Positions 1 through 10,050 are shown, counted from the stretch's first letter. The stretch: DNA of 64,000 bases from Oceanispirochaeta sp. (GCA_963663385.2 CAXXXD010000004.1:704001-768000), one strand, 5' to 3'. Notes: generated from the letters alone by a model not told the origin. Numbers and translations: made by a program.

Positions 1-570
1 CAGCAGGGCATCGGTCATACCGCTTGTTCTGTCTACGGCAGTAGGCAGTTCATTGAAACTGATTCTCATAAAACCGGTTTCATTCTGTTTCCATCCTCTG
101 GCGTCCATCTGCTCCTTCAAGGTATAACCAACCTGCTTTCCGATTTCATAGGCGGAAATACCCATATGGGGAACTTCTTCCATAGGATTGCCGTTGGCAC
201 CGACAAAGCGGTCATCCACGCTCATGACCTTCAGGCCGTTGGCTTTGGCTTTGGCCATAATAGCAGGACCGAGTTTTACATCGGGAGTACAGATGACAAA
301 ACCCTGTGCACCCTGTGCTGCAATATTATCAATAGCCGATAGAACCTTTTCTCCATCGGGGGTTCCGATTTCCAGTACTTTAAAACCGAATTCTCCTCCG
401 GCTTCCTGGGCGAATTTCCATTCATTCTGGAACCAGGGTTCTTCGGGCATTTTTACAAGAAAACCGATTTTTACCTCATCAGATGATCCGGCTCCCTCCT
501 GGGCACCGTTGGCAAAGAGCGCTCCTGATAAAAGCATAAAGCAGATTGCAAGGACTAATCCTTTTTTCAT
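1..570 (-). CDS. araF: L-arabinose-type ABC transporter substrate-binding protein (3' end outside the window)
   Basis: Manual minus-strand translation from ATG 570 (GGAG RBS upstream): MKKGLVLAICFMLLSGALFANG...KIGFLVKMPEEPWFQNEWKFA...GFVICTPDVKLGPAI...SVDDRFV...VPHMGISAYEIG, which are AraF signature segments. Confidence 0.85.
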   Translation of the reverse strand, partial: MKKGLVLAICFMLLSGALFANGAQEGAGSSDEVKIGFLVKMPEEPWFQNEWKFAQEAGGEFGFKVLEIGTPDGEKVLSAIDNIAAQGAQGFVICTPDVKLGPAIMAKAKANGLKVMSVDDRFVGANGNPMEEVPHMGISAYEIGKQVGYTLKEQMDARGWKQNETGFMRISFNELPTAVDRTSGMTDALL

Positions 571-605
571 ATATAACTCCTTTAAGGTTGTTTTCCTCTT
601 TCAAT

Positions 606-621
606 TACAAGTTATATGCCA
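606..621 (-). promoter_or_regulatory. Candidate sigma-54 (-24/-12) promoter for the araF operon
   Basis: Minus strand TGGCATATAACTTGTA versus consensus TGGCACG-N4-TTGCW; correct spacing, GT instead of GC at -12; next to a sigma-54 activator gene. Confidence 0.6.
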
Positions 622-717
622 TTTATTGGAGAATATTGCAAAAAAAATGTAATTTCTTATATGGAATAAAAATGTACTAGGAACATTAAAATAGTACAAT
701 GGGTGTTCTCCGGAAAG

Positions 718-768
718 TGGGAAAACCCGATTTCCCCTTTCCCATGGGAATGGGAAAAAACTTTCCCA
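718..768. promoter_or_regulatory. Candidate enhancer (UAS) palindromes
   Basis: GGGAAA-N6-TTTCCC (719-736), TTCCCATGGGAA (739-750) and TGGGAAA-N4-TTTCCCA (751-768), 100-150 bp upstream of the candidate sigma-54 promoter. Confidence 0.55.
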
Positions 769-830
769 GAACCCGGGCTCCCGTCGGATTTGCTTGTCAT
801 TACTCCATATCACCCTTTATTATCATTCCT

Positions 831-2150
831 ATGAGTAAGAGAATTCTGATTGTGGATGATGAGGAGCAGCTTTGCGTCAGCCTCTCCCGGCTGCTGAAAG
901 CCAGCGGGTATGATCCCGTTTATACAACAGTTCCCGAAATGGCTCTTTCCCTTCTTAAAGAGCAGCCCGCCGACCTGGTCATTACGGATTTGAAAATGCC
1001 CGGGTTTTCCGGAATTGATCTGATTAGGGAAATCCGCATCAGATTTCAGGATCTTCCCATTATAATGGTCTCAGGATACGCCTCAGTGGATAATGTCGTA
1101 AAGGCCATGCGTTACGGAGCCCTGAACTTTTTTGAGAAACCTGTCCGGTTTACCGATTTGATCAAGGATATAGATCTGCTTTTCCCGCAGGGAAAATGCG
1201 ATTCAGGTTCTGGTCCGAACCTGCTTGATATAACCTCCTCCAATAAGAGGATGCAGGATAAAATTTCCATGCTTCACAAAGCCGCCCCGACGGATGCCCC
1301 GGTCCTGATTACGGGAGAGTCCGGTACGGGAAAGGAGCTGGCCGCATCGGCCATCCATTCAAGAAGCAACCGCCGTGACGGCCCGTTTATAAAACTCAAC
1401 TGTGCTGCCATCCCCGAGTCTCTTCTGGAAAGCGAGCTTTTCGGGCATGATAAAGGGGCTTTTACTGATGCCGTAGACAGCCGGCCCGGGAAGTTTGAGG
1501 TGGCCGAAGGGGGTACCATTTTTCTGGATGAAATAGGAGAGATGAGTATTAAAACACAGGCCAAACTCCTCCGTGTCCTTCAGGAGAAGGAGTTTGAACG
1601 CCTGGGATCGCATAAAACCCGTAAAATGGATGTGCGGATCGTAGCGGCAACCAACCGGGATCTGAATAATCAGATTAAAAAGGGAGGCTTCCGTGAAGAT
1701 CTGTACTACAGGCTTTCGGTAATACAGATCGAACTGCCGGCTCTGCGTGAACGCAGGGAAGATATTCTACCTCTTTTTCGGGGGTTCCTTGCAGAGTTCA
1801 ACAGCAAGTACTGCAAAAATATAAAAGGGATGGATCTTGAAACAGAGACTCTGTTTCTGGGGCACGACTGGCCCGGCAATATCAGGGAGCTCCGGAATAC
1901 GGTGGAAAGGATGGTTATCTTCTGTGAAGGGGAAACTCTCTGTTCTCAGCTCCTGCCGGAACAGTACAATCGTTATCCCCTTACGGATGAACTTATCCCT
2001 CTCCGTTATGCTTCGGACAGCATTACAAGGGAGATTATTCTGGATACTCTGGAGAAAACCGGAGGCAGCCGCAGCAGATCGGCGGAAATCCTGGGGATTA
2101 CCAGACGAACCCTGTACAATAAAATGAAGAAACTGAGGATAGAGGTCTGA
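831..2150 (+). CDS. Sigma-54-dependent response regulator (NtrC/AtoC family: REC-AAA+-Fis HTH)
   Basis: ILIVDDE...LVITDLKMP receiver, GESGTGKE Walker A, ESELFGHDKGAFTDA, FLDEIGE, WPGNIRELRN, C-terminal HTH; true start ATG 831 rather than 699. Confidence 0.95.
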   Translation: MSKRILIVDDEEQLCVSLSRLLKASGYDPVYTTVPEMALSLLKEQPADLVITDLKMPGFSGIDLIREIRIRFQDLPIIMVSGYASVDNVVKAMRYGALNFFEKPVRFTDLIKDIDLLFPQGKCDSGSGPNLLDITSSNKRMQDKISMLHKAAPTDAPVLITGESGTGKELAASAIHSRSNRRDGPFIKLNCAAIPESLLESELFGHDKGAFTDAVDSRPGKFEVAEGGTIFLDEIGEMSIKTQAKLLRVLQEKEFERLGSHKTRKMDVRIVAATNRDLNNQIKKGGFREDLYYRLSVIQIELPALRERREDILPLFRGFLAEFNSKYCKNIKGMDLETETLFLGHDWPGNIRELRNTVERMVIFCEGETLCSQLLPEQYNRYPLTDELIPLRYASDSITREIILDTLEKTGGSRSRSAEILGITRRTLYNKMKKLRIEV

Positions 2151-3965
2151 ATGGATTCCCCGATACGGCAGCCTCTGCTTCAAATGCAGAATATCCGCTA
2201 CTCCTATGGGTCTCTCAAGGCTCTGACCGGTATTGATTTCGACCTTTACCCATCCGAGATACACGCCCTCTCCGGTGATCATGGATCCGGGAAATCCTCT
2301 CTGGTAAAGCTGTTGAGCGGTTCTCTGAACTGCCAGACCGGTATGATAAAGATTAAAGGCAGACAGATCACAACCCTGTCTCCCTCCATCGCGGTACAGC
2401 TGGGAATCGGCATGGTTTATCAGAATGAGGAGATTATTCCCACCGGAACCCTTATGGATAATGTCTATCTGGGGCAGTTCCCCCTGTTTATGCTTCCCAG
2501 GAGTAAAGCGGCGCTGCTGCAGCAGTGCCGGGAACTGTTTGACTTTTACGGGTTTGAAGAGGACCCGAGAATGAAAATTGCGGAACTGTCTCCCACACGC
2601 CGGCATATGCTCCCTTTTTTAAGGGTTCTTGCCCGGGGAGCGGATATACTGATTCTGGATGAAATCGCACAGAAAACAACTCCCGAAGAACAGGAACACA
2701 TCTATAAACTGCTGCAGATCTGCAGGGATGCCGGTAAGGGCATAATCTATGTAACTTCCAATATTGATGAAATCTTTCGAATCGCCGACCGTGTAACGAT
2801 TCTTCATAACGGTTTACGCCGCAGTACCGAAGAGGTTTCCCGTGTGGACCGTACGCGGCTGGTTAACCTTGCCTTCAATTTTGCCATGGACCGGGAAGAC
2901 GGCGAATCGCCAGTGGACCATGAGGTCCTTCTGATCTCCCGTTATGATAAGCGGATAATTAATGATATCCCCCAGGGGATAATGATTATTTCTCCGGAAA
3001 ATGAAATACAGGATATTAATACGGCGGCTGCCAGGATACTTGAGTGTCAACCCGAGGATCTGACCGGGTCGGATCTGTCCGAGTATTTCATGGCGCTGCC
3101 GATTGAAAAAAAGGAAGAAATTCACAGGGCAATCCTGGAGCGGAGGAAGGTATTGTGGCAGAGCCTCAAATTCCTCAGGAACAAGAGACTGAAAATCCGG
3201 ATCTCCCCTCTGGGAGAGGAAGGGGACAAGAAACAGGGGCTGCTTCTTTTTCTTGAAGATTTTTCTTCGGATTATGAAACACGAGAATACCTGCTGCAGG
3301 CGGAAAAATTTGTTTCTACTGCGGAAATGGCCGCAGGGGTTGCTCATGAGGTGAATAATCCTCTGGGGATTATTCAGAATTATCTGGATCTTCTCCAGAT
3401 GGAATCTCTGAGCGAGAACGGCGAAGACTGCGTTCAACGGATTCAATCCGAGCTGAGCCGGATTGTAGAGATCATCAGCAGTCTGCTCTCCTTTTCCAGA
3501 GCCGGCGTTCGTCCCCTGAAAACCTTGAATGTGCATGATCTTCTGGATGACGTTGTCCTATTGATGGGGCATAAGCTTAAGCACCGGGAAATCCGTTTAT
3601 TCAAACGCTACTCATCCGGGAAATTATACATAGTGGCTCATGAGAACAAGCTGAAACAGCTGTTCCTTAATCTGCTGAACAATGCATCCGAGGCTGTACT
3701 TAATAAGGGTGAGATTTCCATCTCGACCGGAAAATCGGGAAACTATGTGAATGTAAACATTACAGATAACGGAAACGGCATCCCCGGGGATATCAGGGAT
3801 CAGATCTTTTCTCCTTTTTTTACCACTAAAGTAACGAAAACCAATACCGGTCTGGGATTGTCCATCTGTCAGCATATTGTCGAATCCTATAATGGCTTTA
3901 TAACAGTGAAGAGTACTCCGGGCGAGGCAACCACCTTTACCGTGCGATTGCCTCTTCAAGCCTGA
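2151..3965 (+). CDS. Soluble sensor histidine kinase with N-terminal degenerate sugar-ABC ATPase domain and PAS domain
   Basis: aa 1-245 ABC NBD (GDHGSGKS, GMVYQ, ILILDE, FRIADRVTILHNG); PAS about aa 265-370; H-box AHEVNNPL; N-box NLLNNA; DNGNGI; PFFTTK; GLGLSI. Confidence 0.9.
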   Translation: MDSPIRQPLLQMQNIRYSYGSLKALTGIDFDLYPSEIHALSGDHGSGKSSLVKLLSGSLNCQTGMIKIKGRQITTLSPSIAVQLGIGMVYQNEEIIPTGTLMDNVYLGQFPLFMLPRSKAALLQQCRELFDFYGFEEDPRMKIAELSPTRRHMLPFLRVLARGADILILDEIAQKTTPEEQEHIYKLLQICRDAGKGIIYVTSNIDEIFRIADRVTILHNGLRRSTEEVSRVDRTRLVNLAFNFAMDREDGESPVDHEVLLISRYDKRIINDIPQGIMIISPENEIQDINTAAARILECQPEDLTGSDLSEYFMALPIEKKEEIHRAILERRKVLWQSLKFLRNKRLKIRISPLGEEGDKKQGLLLFLEDFSSDYETREYLLQAEKFVSTAEMAAGVAHEVNNPLGIIQNYLDLLQMESLSENGEDCVQRIQSELSRIVEIISSLLSFSRAGVRPLKTLNVHDLLDDVVLLMGHKLKHREIRLFKRYSSGKLYIVAHENKLKQLFLNLLNNASEAVLNKGEISISTGKSGNYVNVNITDNGNGIPGDIRDQIFSPFFTTKVTKTNTGLGLSICQHIVESYNGFITVKSTPGEATTFTVRLPLQA

Positions 3966-3970
3966 ATGGC

Positions 3971-4822
3971 TTACAGACGGATCTTTTTCTCAAATGCCGC
4001 CCTGAGTTTTCCGGATATCCCCCCCGGGGTTCCCGTCCCGATAATCCGTCCGTCAATACAGGTTACAGGGATTATTTCAGCCCCGGATCCTGTCAGAAAG
4101 CACTCTTCCGCCGTATAAAGGTCAAAGCGGGTCAGGGTTGTTTCCTCAACAGGGATCCCCAGTTCACGGCCCAGCTCAAGTATGGTTGCACGGGTTATCC
4201 CTTCCAGAATCCCCAGCCAGGGGGCGGGTGTCAGGAGTTTCCCTTCCCGGATAATAAAAATATTGTCCGCCGTACACTCCGTCACATACCCGTCCCTGTT
4301 CAGCATTACCGCTTCAGGGCATCCGGCATCCCGGGCTTCCATCTTTGCCATGATGTTTGTCATATAGTTGAGGCTCTTTACCCGGGGATCAAATATATCC
4401 GGGGAGAGTCTTCTTGACGCGGACGTAATGATTTTCATTCCCTTGTCGTAGAGTTCCTGCGGATAGATCTGGATATCCTCGACTATTATAATGACCGAGG
4501 ATACGGGGCAGCTGGAGGGATCAATTCCCAGATTCCCCTTTCCCCTGGTGACAAGCAGACGGATATAGCCCTCTTTTTTTTCATTTAGCTCAACCGTTTT
4601 TTCTACTGTGCGGATCATCTCCTCCCGGTTCATCGGGATAGTCAGTCTGAGGACTTTTGCGCTGTCATAGAGGCGCCGGATATGCTCCTCCAGTTTAAAC
4701 ACTCTGCCTGCGTAAATCCGGATTCCCTCGAAAATTCCGTCGCCGTACAGCAGGCCGTGGTCAAATACGGAAACCTTTGCCTTATCCCTGTCGTAATATT
4801 TGCCGTCCATATAGATTTTCAT
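3971..4822 (-). CDS. ilvE: Branched-chain amino acid aminotransferase (class IV PLP)
   Basis: DHGLLYGDGIFEGIR, KSLNY, EAVMLN, ILEGITR, EECFLTGSGAEIIPV. Confidence 0.92.
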   Translation of the reverse strand: MKIYMDGKYYDRDKAKVSVFDHGLLYGDGIFEGIRIYAGRVFKLEEHIRRLYDSAKVLRLTIPMNREEMIRTVEKTVELNEKKEGYIRLLVTRGKGNLGIDPSSCPVSSVIIIVEDIQIYPQELYDKGMKIITSASRRLSPDIFDPRVKSLNYMTNIMAKMEARDAGCPEAVMLNRDGYVTECTADNIFIIREGKLLTPAPWLGILEGITRATILELGRELGIPVEETTLTRFDLYTAEECFLTGSGAEIIPVTCIDGRIIGTGTPGGISGKLRAAFEKKIRL

Positions 4823-5631
4823 TCTGGTGATACCTCCCGGTTATGAAATATATCTCTCAGAAAGGGATAACCCTCTCCGAACTTCTCGATCAGCCGGGCA
4901 TCGAAGCGTTCAACAATTTTCATGATATAGATGTCGTGCTTGATGTAATCTTCTGCTAGGGTGACAAAGCCTTTGTTGCTGCTCCAGGCTCCCTGCGGTT
5001 CGTCCCGGGAGAATGTTCCCGAGAGGGCGGAAGAGGAATCCGTTACCAGAGTGAATCCCCTCCCTCCCTTTTCCGAGTAGAGGGTATCCTGTATGGGATG
5101 ACTGAAGAGGGATTCCCAGGTCAGTGCTGAGGGGCCGAAGTGTACAACCGCGCATTTTACGCCCTGGTTTTCCTTCTCCTTGACAAGATCCGCCAGAGAG
5201 GAGAACTCCTCCTCCCAGACAGAAAGAAGAATTGTTTCCTTTGACGCAATTATCATACGTTCGGCCCGTTCCATAAGGGCTTCTCTGTCTTTCAGATTCC
5301 ATATATACGAGACATTTCTGCTTTTACCCGTTTTTTTCAGTTCCCGGGAAAGATTTGACAGGGTTTTGTCCATTTTATAGCGGTAGGAGCCCAGGAATTC
5401 TTCCGGATCCTGCGGGGAATACCGTTTTTTGCTTCCCTCCGCCAGTTCCAGGACCATCTCTTTTTCAATCAGTTTTTTTATTACCCCGTAAATTTTTGAT
5501 GTGGGGAGTCCCGCCTGGCCGGCTGCTTCATAGGCTGTCAGGGGGCTGTCCTCCAGAAGGGTCAGATAGGTCCTGGCTTCGTAATCGCTCAATCCGATCT
5601 CTTTGAGTCTGTCAATTATATTAACTACCAT
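4819..5631 (-). CDS. TrmB family transcriptional regulator
   Basis: LKEIGLSDYEARTYLTLL...GLPTSKIYGVIKKL wHTH plus C-terminal effector domain; ATG at 5631. Confidence 0.88.
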   Translation of the reverse strand: MVVNIIDRLKEIGLSDYEARTYLTLLEDSPLTAYEAAGQAGLPTSKIYGVIKKLIEKEMVLELAEGSKKRYSPQDPEEFLGSYRYKMDKTLSNLSRELKKTGKSRNVSYIWNLKDREALMERAERMIIASKETILLSVWEEEFSSLADLVKEKENQGVKCAVVHFGPSALTWESLFSHPIQDTLYSEKGGRGFTLVTDSSSALSGTFSRDEPQGAWSSNKGFVTLAEDYIKHDIYIMKIVERFDARLIEKFGEGYPFLRDIFHNREVSPE

Positions 5632-5668
5632 GGTAGTCAATATAAGACGAATACAAAAAAAATGTCAA
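5624..5668 (-). promoter_or_regulatory. Sigma-70 promoter with palindromic operator over the trmB start codon
   Basis: TTGACA-18-TATATT, then 7 nt to the ATG; perfect 14-bp palindrome ACTACCATGGTAGT at 5624-5637. Confidence 0.7.
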
Positions 5669-5685
5669 GAATTCTGTAATAATAA

Positions 5686-6387
5686 TTAACCGTATTTTTC
5701 GCTTTTTTCGGCATCAAGAATCAACCCGAGGGCTTTATCCCTGCTTCTGGCTTTAATCAGGTTCCGGATTAATTGATTGTCTGCCGCCATCTGACTGATA
5801 CGGGACAGGATGCGCAGGTGCACCACCTCACTGTCTGTAATTATCAGAAAGAAAAGGTGAGTGGGAAGGTTGTCCAGTGAATCGAAATCGCAGCCCTCCG
5901 GGCAGATCCCCAGGATAACTTCCGGTCCCGGCAGGATATTCTCCTCCGGTCGCCGCAGATGGGGGATGGCTACATGCAGACCAATGGCCGTTGAGCTCAT
6001 TTCTTCCCGGTGCATGAGCTTCTTCAGAAAAAGCAGTCTGTTATCCTGACTGATCTGCAACGGGGCTGTCAGCTGTTGAAGCACTTCCTCTTTGCTGCCG
6101 GGCTTCAGATCGCAGATTATACGTTCTTTTCTGATCAGACGGGAAAGGGGAACCAGGGAGCCTTCCTTCTCCAGAAGGGAGGACAGGTCATTCCTGGGAA
6201 GAACAGTCATTCTGGATATCAGCCAGTCATCAATCATAGGCCTCATGAAACGCCATTGACTGGCAATTTTAGCACAGGGAATTTCTCCTTTCTGGATCAT
6301 CCGCAGAACTGTTTTTTCTGCAACCTTGAGGTATTCCGCCACTTCACTGAGGGTCATAATCTGGTTATTAAAAGTGCTGTCAGGCAT
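5686..6387 (-). CDS. Excisionase-like HTH fused to PTS EIIA (PtsN-like)
   Basis: MTLSEVAEYLKVAEKTVLRMIQKGEIP...WRF HTH; REEMSSTAIGLHVAIPH EIIA phospho-His motif. Confidence 0.9.
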   Translation of the reverse strand: MPDSTFNNQIMTLSEVAEYLKVAEKTVLRMIQKGEIPCAKIASQWRFMRPMIDDWLISRMTVLPRNDLSSLLEKEGSLVPLSRLIRKERIICDLKPGSKEEVLQQLTAPLQISQDNRLLFLKKLMHREEMSSTAIGLHVAIPHLRRPEENILPGPEVILGICPEGCDFDSLDNLPTHLFFLIITDSEVVHLRILSRISQMAADNQLIRNLIKARSRDKALGLILDAEKSEKYG

Positions 6388-6496
6388 TTATAGTACACTA
6401 TAGTCTGTATCCGGCTCAGATGCAATCCATATTCTGAAGCTTCTCAACTGGGATAAACGGATTTATTCTGATATGCTGACAGAAGGAGAGCAGAAC

Positions 6497-7267
6497 ATGG
6501 AAGAGTTTATTCAGAAGGTGATCCGGGGGGCAGGTGAACTTGCCATGGAATTCAGGAACCGCCTGGATTCCATAGAAGTTGAGAAGAAAGGATCAGAAAA
6601 AGATCTGGTGACCGAAGCGGATAAAGCTGTGGAGCAGTATATTCGAGATCAGATAACCGGAACCTATCCGGATCATGCCGTAACCGGCGAGGAACAGGGG
6701 GCTACAGGAGATCATGATTACAGATGGATTATCGATCCTATAGACGGTACGGTTGCTTTTCTGCACGGTCAGTATTTTTTCAGTGTTTCCATTGCCCTTA
6801 CCTATCGGGATGAAACCATAGCGGCAGCTGTCTACGCCCCGGCTCTGGATGACCTTTTTTTCGCGGCTAAAGGGAAGGGAGCCTTTCTGAATGGGAAGTC
6901 CATTCATGTCTCTTCCAGGGACCGGCTGGTAAATTCAATCTGTTGTACCGGTTATGACTGCCGGGATGGAATTCTTCAGGCCGGGTCTCTGAAAATTTTC
7001 AACCGTATCATGCCTCATCTGAGGGATATCAGGCGTTACGGATCAGCAGCTCTGGATCTCTGTCTGGTGGCATGCGGTCAACTGGAGGGCTACTGGGAGC
7101 AGAGCCTGATGATTTATGATGTCGCCGCCGGCCTTCTTATTCTGGAAGAAGCGGGAGGAACGGTCAGTGACTACAGGGGCGGTTCTTCCGGGATGCCTGC
7201 TCAGGTTGTCGGAACCAACGGTCTGATCCACCGGGAGCTGGTGGATCTTATTTCATCTGGGGATTAA
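6497..7267 (+). CDS. Inositol monophosphatase family protein
   Basis: [41 protein letters not shown] before ATG 6497. Confidence 0.92.
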   Translation: MEEFIQKVIRGAGELAMEFRNRLDSIEVEKKGSEKDLVTEADKAVEQYIRDQITGTYPDHAVTGEEQGATGDHDYRWIIDPIDGTVAFLHGQYFFSVSIALTYRDETIAAAVYAPALDDLFFAAKGKGAFLNGKSIHVSSRDRLVNSICCTGYDCRDGILQAGSLKIFNRIMPHLRDIRRYGSAALDLCLVACGQLEGYWEQSLMIYDVAAGLLILEEAGGTVSDYRGGSSGMPAQVVGTNGLIHRELVDLISSGD

Positions 7268-8667
7268 ATTGAGAACCGGCCTACCAGTTGCCGCAGAGCG
7301 CCAAGAGTTTCCCGGTTCTGTTCGGCATTGGAGTTGATCATCCGGGAGGAGGAGCTGATTTCTCTAATTCCTCCCGATATTTCCCTCATGGAGAGGTCGA
7401 GTTGACTGCTCATATCCTCCAGCCCTTTCATACTCCCGGATATTTCCCTGTTGATAGTGTTGATGTTTTCGGTGCTGGACCGTACGGTTTCGGTAATATT
7501 GCGGATATCCTGAAGGGCTCCGAAAATTTCCTGACTGCCGCTCATCTGCTCGGCAACAGCATCCTTCATTTCAATCATACTCCGGCTCAGATCCTGTACA
7601 GAGTTGTTGACTTCTGTAAATGAGTAACCCGCATTTCCCGCCATCTCCTGAACATCATGGATGTCGTTGATTATCTGGACCAGAGATGAATTGATATTTT
7701 TAGACTGTTCGGACGATGTTTCCGCCAGCTTCCTGATTTCATCTGCCACCACGGCAAACCCTTTTCCCGCTTCTCCCGCATGAGCTGCTTCGATGGCTGC
7801 ATTCATGGCAAGGAGGTTTGTCTGACTGGCTATGCTCTGAATTATGGAATTGGCTTCGGTCAGTTTGCCCGAATCATTTGTTATGGCTGCAATTTTAGAG
7901 TTCACACTATCCTGAAGATTCTTCCCGTTATGGGAGATGGATGTAAGCTGATCAAAGGATTGAACCGTCTTCAGTATACGCGTATCGATTTCGGTAAAGG
8001 TTTTCATCATCTGTTCAATAGACGCAGAACTTTCATGTACCGCGGAAGCCTGTTCATCCACAATGGATTTCAGTGTATTCAGGTGGCTTGTGATTTCGTT
8101 AATCTGGTTTCGGGAAGAACTGACGGCTGAATTCTGGGAGTTCATCTGGCTGGAGTTATTCTGAATATGCTCATCAATCTGCGTTATAGCGGCGGATGTT
8201 TCTTCCAGGTGACTTTTCAGAAGGTCAAAGGAGGAGTTGATTTCATCGGAAGATTCAATAATTTTCCTGACCATGGAATTCATAAAGTTAAGAAAGGCAT
8301 TGAAATTCCCGGCCATCTGACCGAATTCATTGGTTGAACGGTTTTTGAGTCTAACCGTTAAATCCCCTTCGCCGGAAGAGAGGGTTTTAAGAAAGCGGTC
8401 AAAAATCCGTAATTCTCTTATAAAATGAGTATTCATTAAAATGGCATTGATCCCGAAAATAACGAACGTGAGCGGAATGGCCCAGATCAGATGCCGGAAT
8501 CCGTACTTTCCTATAAAATAGGACGCAAGCGCAGTTTCTGCAGCCAGCAGCTGATGGCTGTAGATGAGGACATTCACCAGTGACTTTTTAAAAACAATTT
8601 TTACCGCCGCTGCCGCAACAGCGACAACCGCTATTACAACCCCGACAAAGAGGATATCCTGAATCAT
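7264..8667 (-). CDS. Methyl-accepting chemotaxis protein
   Basis: N-terminal TM helices, HAMP (GDLTVRL...[10 protein letters not shown]), [38 protein letters not shown]. Confidence 0.95.
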   Translation of the reverse strand: MIQDILFVGVVIAVVAVAAAAVKIVFKKSLVNVLIYSHQLLAAETALASYFIGKYGFRHLIWAIPLTFVIFGINAILMNTHFIRELRIFDRFLKTLSSGEGDLTVRLKNRSTNEFGQMAGNFNAFLNFMNSMVRKIIESSDEINSSFDLLKSHLEETSAAITQIDEHIQNNSSQMNSQNSAVSSSRNQINEITSHLNTLKSIVDEQASAVHESSASIEQMMKTFTEIDTRILKTVQSFDQLTSISHNGKNLQDSVNSKIAAITNDSGKLTEANSIIQSIASQTNLLAMNAAIEAAHAGEAGKGFAVVADEIRKLAETSSEQSKNINSSLVQIINDIHDVQEMAGNAGYSFTEVNNSVQDLSRSMIEMKDAVAEQMSGSQEIFGALQDIRNITETVRSSTENINTINREISGSMKGLEDMSSQLDLSMREISGGIREISSSSRMINSNAEQNRETLGALRQLVGRFSI

Positions 8668-8792
8668 TTTCCTACTCTCCGTTTTTTGTGATGATGATTA
8701 AATATAATTGGTCCGGGGAGATAGGACAATAACAAAAAAATATTTTGTATTCATTTTTTTATGTGGTATTTGAATTGTTTATACCACTTATC

Positions 8793-9536
8793 TCAGGAAA
8801 TCAGAATCTCCACACCTGCCTGTTTAATTATATCCCTGTACTCATTGGAGATGCCGTCATCTGTAATCAGGTACTCGATATCTTCGATTCCGCAGTACCG
8901 GGAAAGGGCAATCTTGCCGAATTTACTGGAATCTGTCAGAACAAAAGTCTGGGGGCTGCGTGCAATAATTTCACTGTTGATCTCGGCGCGCATCATGTCC
9001 CGGCCGGTAAATCCGGTTTCAGGAGTAAAGCCGTCTATTCCGACAAAGGCTTTGGAAAAATTGAGTGCATTCAGGCAGAGTTTTACCATATTGCCCACCA
9101 TGCATTCGCTTTCCGGCTGATAGATGCCTCCCAGGAGAATCACTTTGCCCAAGGCATCCTTCCCGATCTGCCTGGCAATAAAGGCGTTGGATGTAATGAT
9201 CGTTGTTTTTGGAATCCGGGAAACCTCTTTGGCAAAAAGGGCATTGATTGACCCCGATTCAATATAAATCGTTTCACCTTCGTCCACGTACTCTGCCGCC
9301 AGTCTGGCTATTTTCAGCTTGCTTTCGTAATTGATTCCCATCCGATGGGAAATATCGTCTGTTTCATCCAGAACGGCTCCGCCATGAACCCGGCGGAGGA
9401 AGCCGTTATTCTCCAGCAGGGTAAGATCCTGCCTTACTGTGGCCTGGGACACTCCCAGCTGATCTGCCAGAGCATTGACTGTAACTTTTCGCCCGTCCGA
9501 CATTATACTCAATATCTGTTTGTGCCTCTCGTTCAT
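8793..9536 (-). CDS. yciT: DeoR/GlpR family repressor, YciT-like
   Basis: VSQATVRQDL...LRRVHGGA HTH; SKAFVGIDGFTPETGFTGRDMMRA and LTDSSKFG closely match E. coli YciT as recalled. Confidence 0.85.
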   Translation of the reverse strand: MNERHKQILSIMSDGRKVTVNALADQLGVSQATVRQDLTLLENNGFLRRVHGGAVLDETDDISHRMGINYESKLKIARLAAEYVDEGETIYIESGSINALFAKEVSRIPKTTIITSNAFIARQIGKDALGKVILLGGIYQPESECMVGNMVKLCLNALNFSKAFVGIDGFTPETGFTGRDMMRAEINSEIIARSPQTFVLTDSSKFGKIALSRYCGIEDIEYLITDDGISNEYRDIIKQAGVEILIS

Positions 9537-9575
9537 AATCCTGCCATTCCAATTGTTTTTATAATTACTGCCATC

Positions 9576-10028
9576 CTATACGATTCCCTTCAGAATCTCT
9601 ACTGCAAAATCATGATCTTCATAGTCTTTTAACCCCGAAATAGTAAGAACCGCCACCAGACCGGAACCTTTTATCTGTATGGGGAACGCTCCGCCTTTCA
9701 GGCGGTATCTGTCAGGATTGAGGAAATTATTCTGTCTGATATCTTTTTTATTCTGCTTGAAATAATCAGCCATATAGAGAGAACTGTGCAGAAAGTGATA
9801 GCAGACGCGTTTCTTCCCTTCAATCCAGAGAGCATTATCCGGACCGGTTCCGGGAAGGGCCGCATGAAACAGGCATTGCCCGTATCTGTCAATATCAATC
9901 ACAACCGGGAGATTCCTTTCAAGGGCTATCCCGGCAGCCAGCCGGCCCATTTCCCAGGCGGTTGTATTTGAAAATGTTGCAAGCTGAAGATTTTCTTCCT
10001 CATTCAGCAGTTCGTCCAGATTTTTCAC
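9576..10028 (-). CDS. UPF0303/DUF336 (GlcG/HbpS-like, heme-degrading domain) protein
   Basis: FSNTTAWEMG, PGTGPDNALWIEGK, HSSLY, GGAFPI, ISGLKDYEDH; probable GTG start at 10028. Confidence 0.8.
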   Translation of the reverse strand: MKNLDELLNEEENLQLATFSNTTAWEMGRLAAGIALERNLPVVIDIDRYGQCLFHAALPGTGPDNALWIEGKKRVCYHFLHSSLYMADYFKQNKKDIRQNNFLNPDRYRLKGGAFPIQIKGSGLVAVLTISGLKDYEDHDFAVEILKGIV

Positions 10029-10050
10029 AATAAAAACCCCGGAAATATAT

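Noticed and set aside
188..652. 154-aa plus-strand ORF
   Set aside because: It is the antisense shadow of araF.
699..830. N-terminal extension of the NtrC-type ORF
   Set aside because: It runs through the regulatory palindromes; the receiver domain starts at ATG 831.
5686..6387. Excisionase suggesting a prophage or ICE
   Set aside because: The HTH is fused to a PTS EIIA domain, a known regulator architecture, and no integrase or att site is seen.
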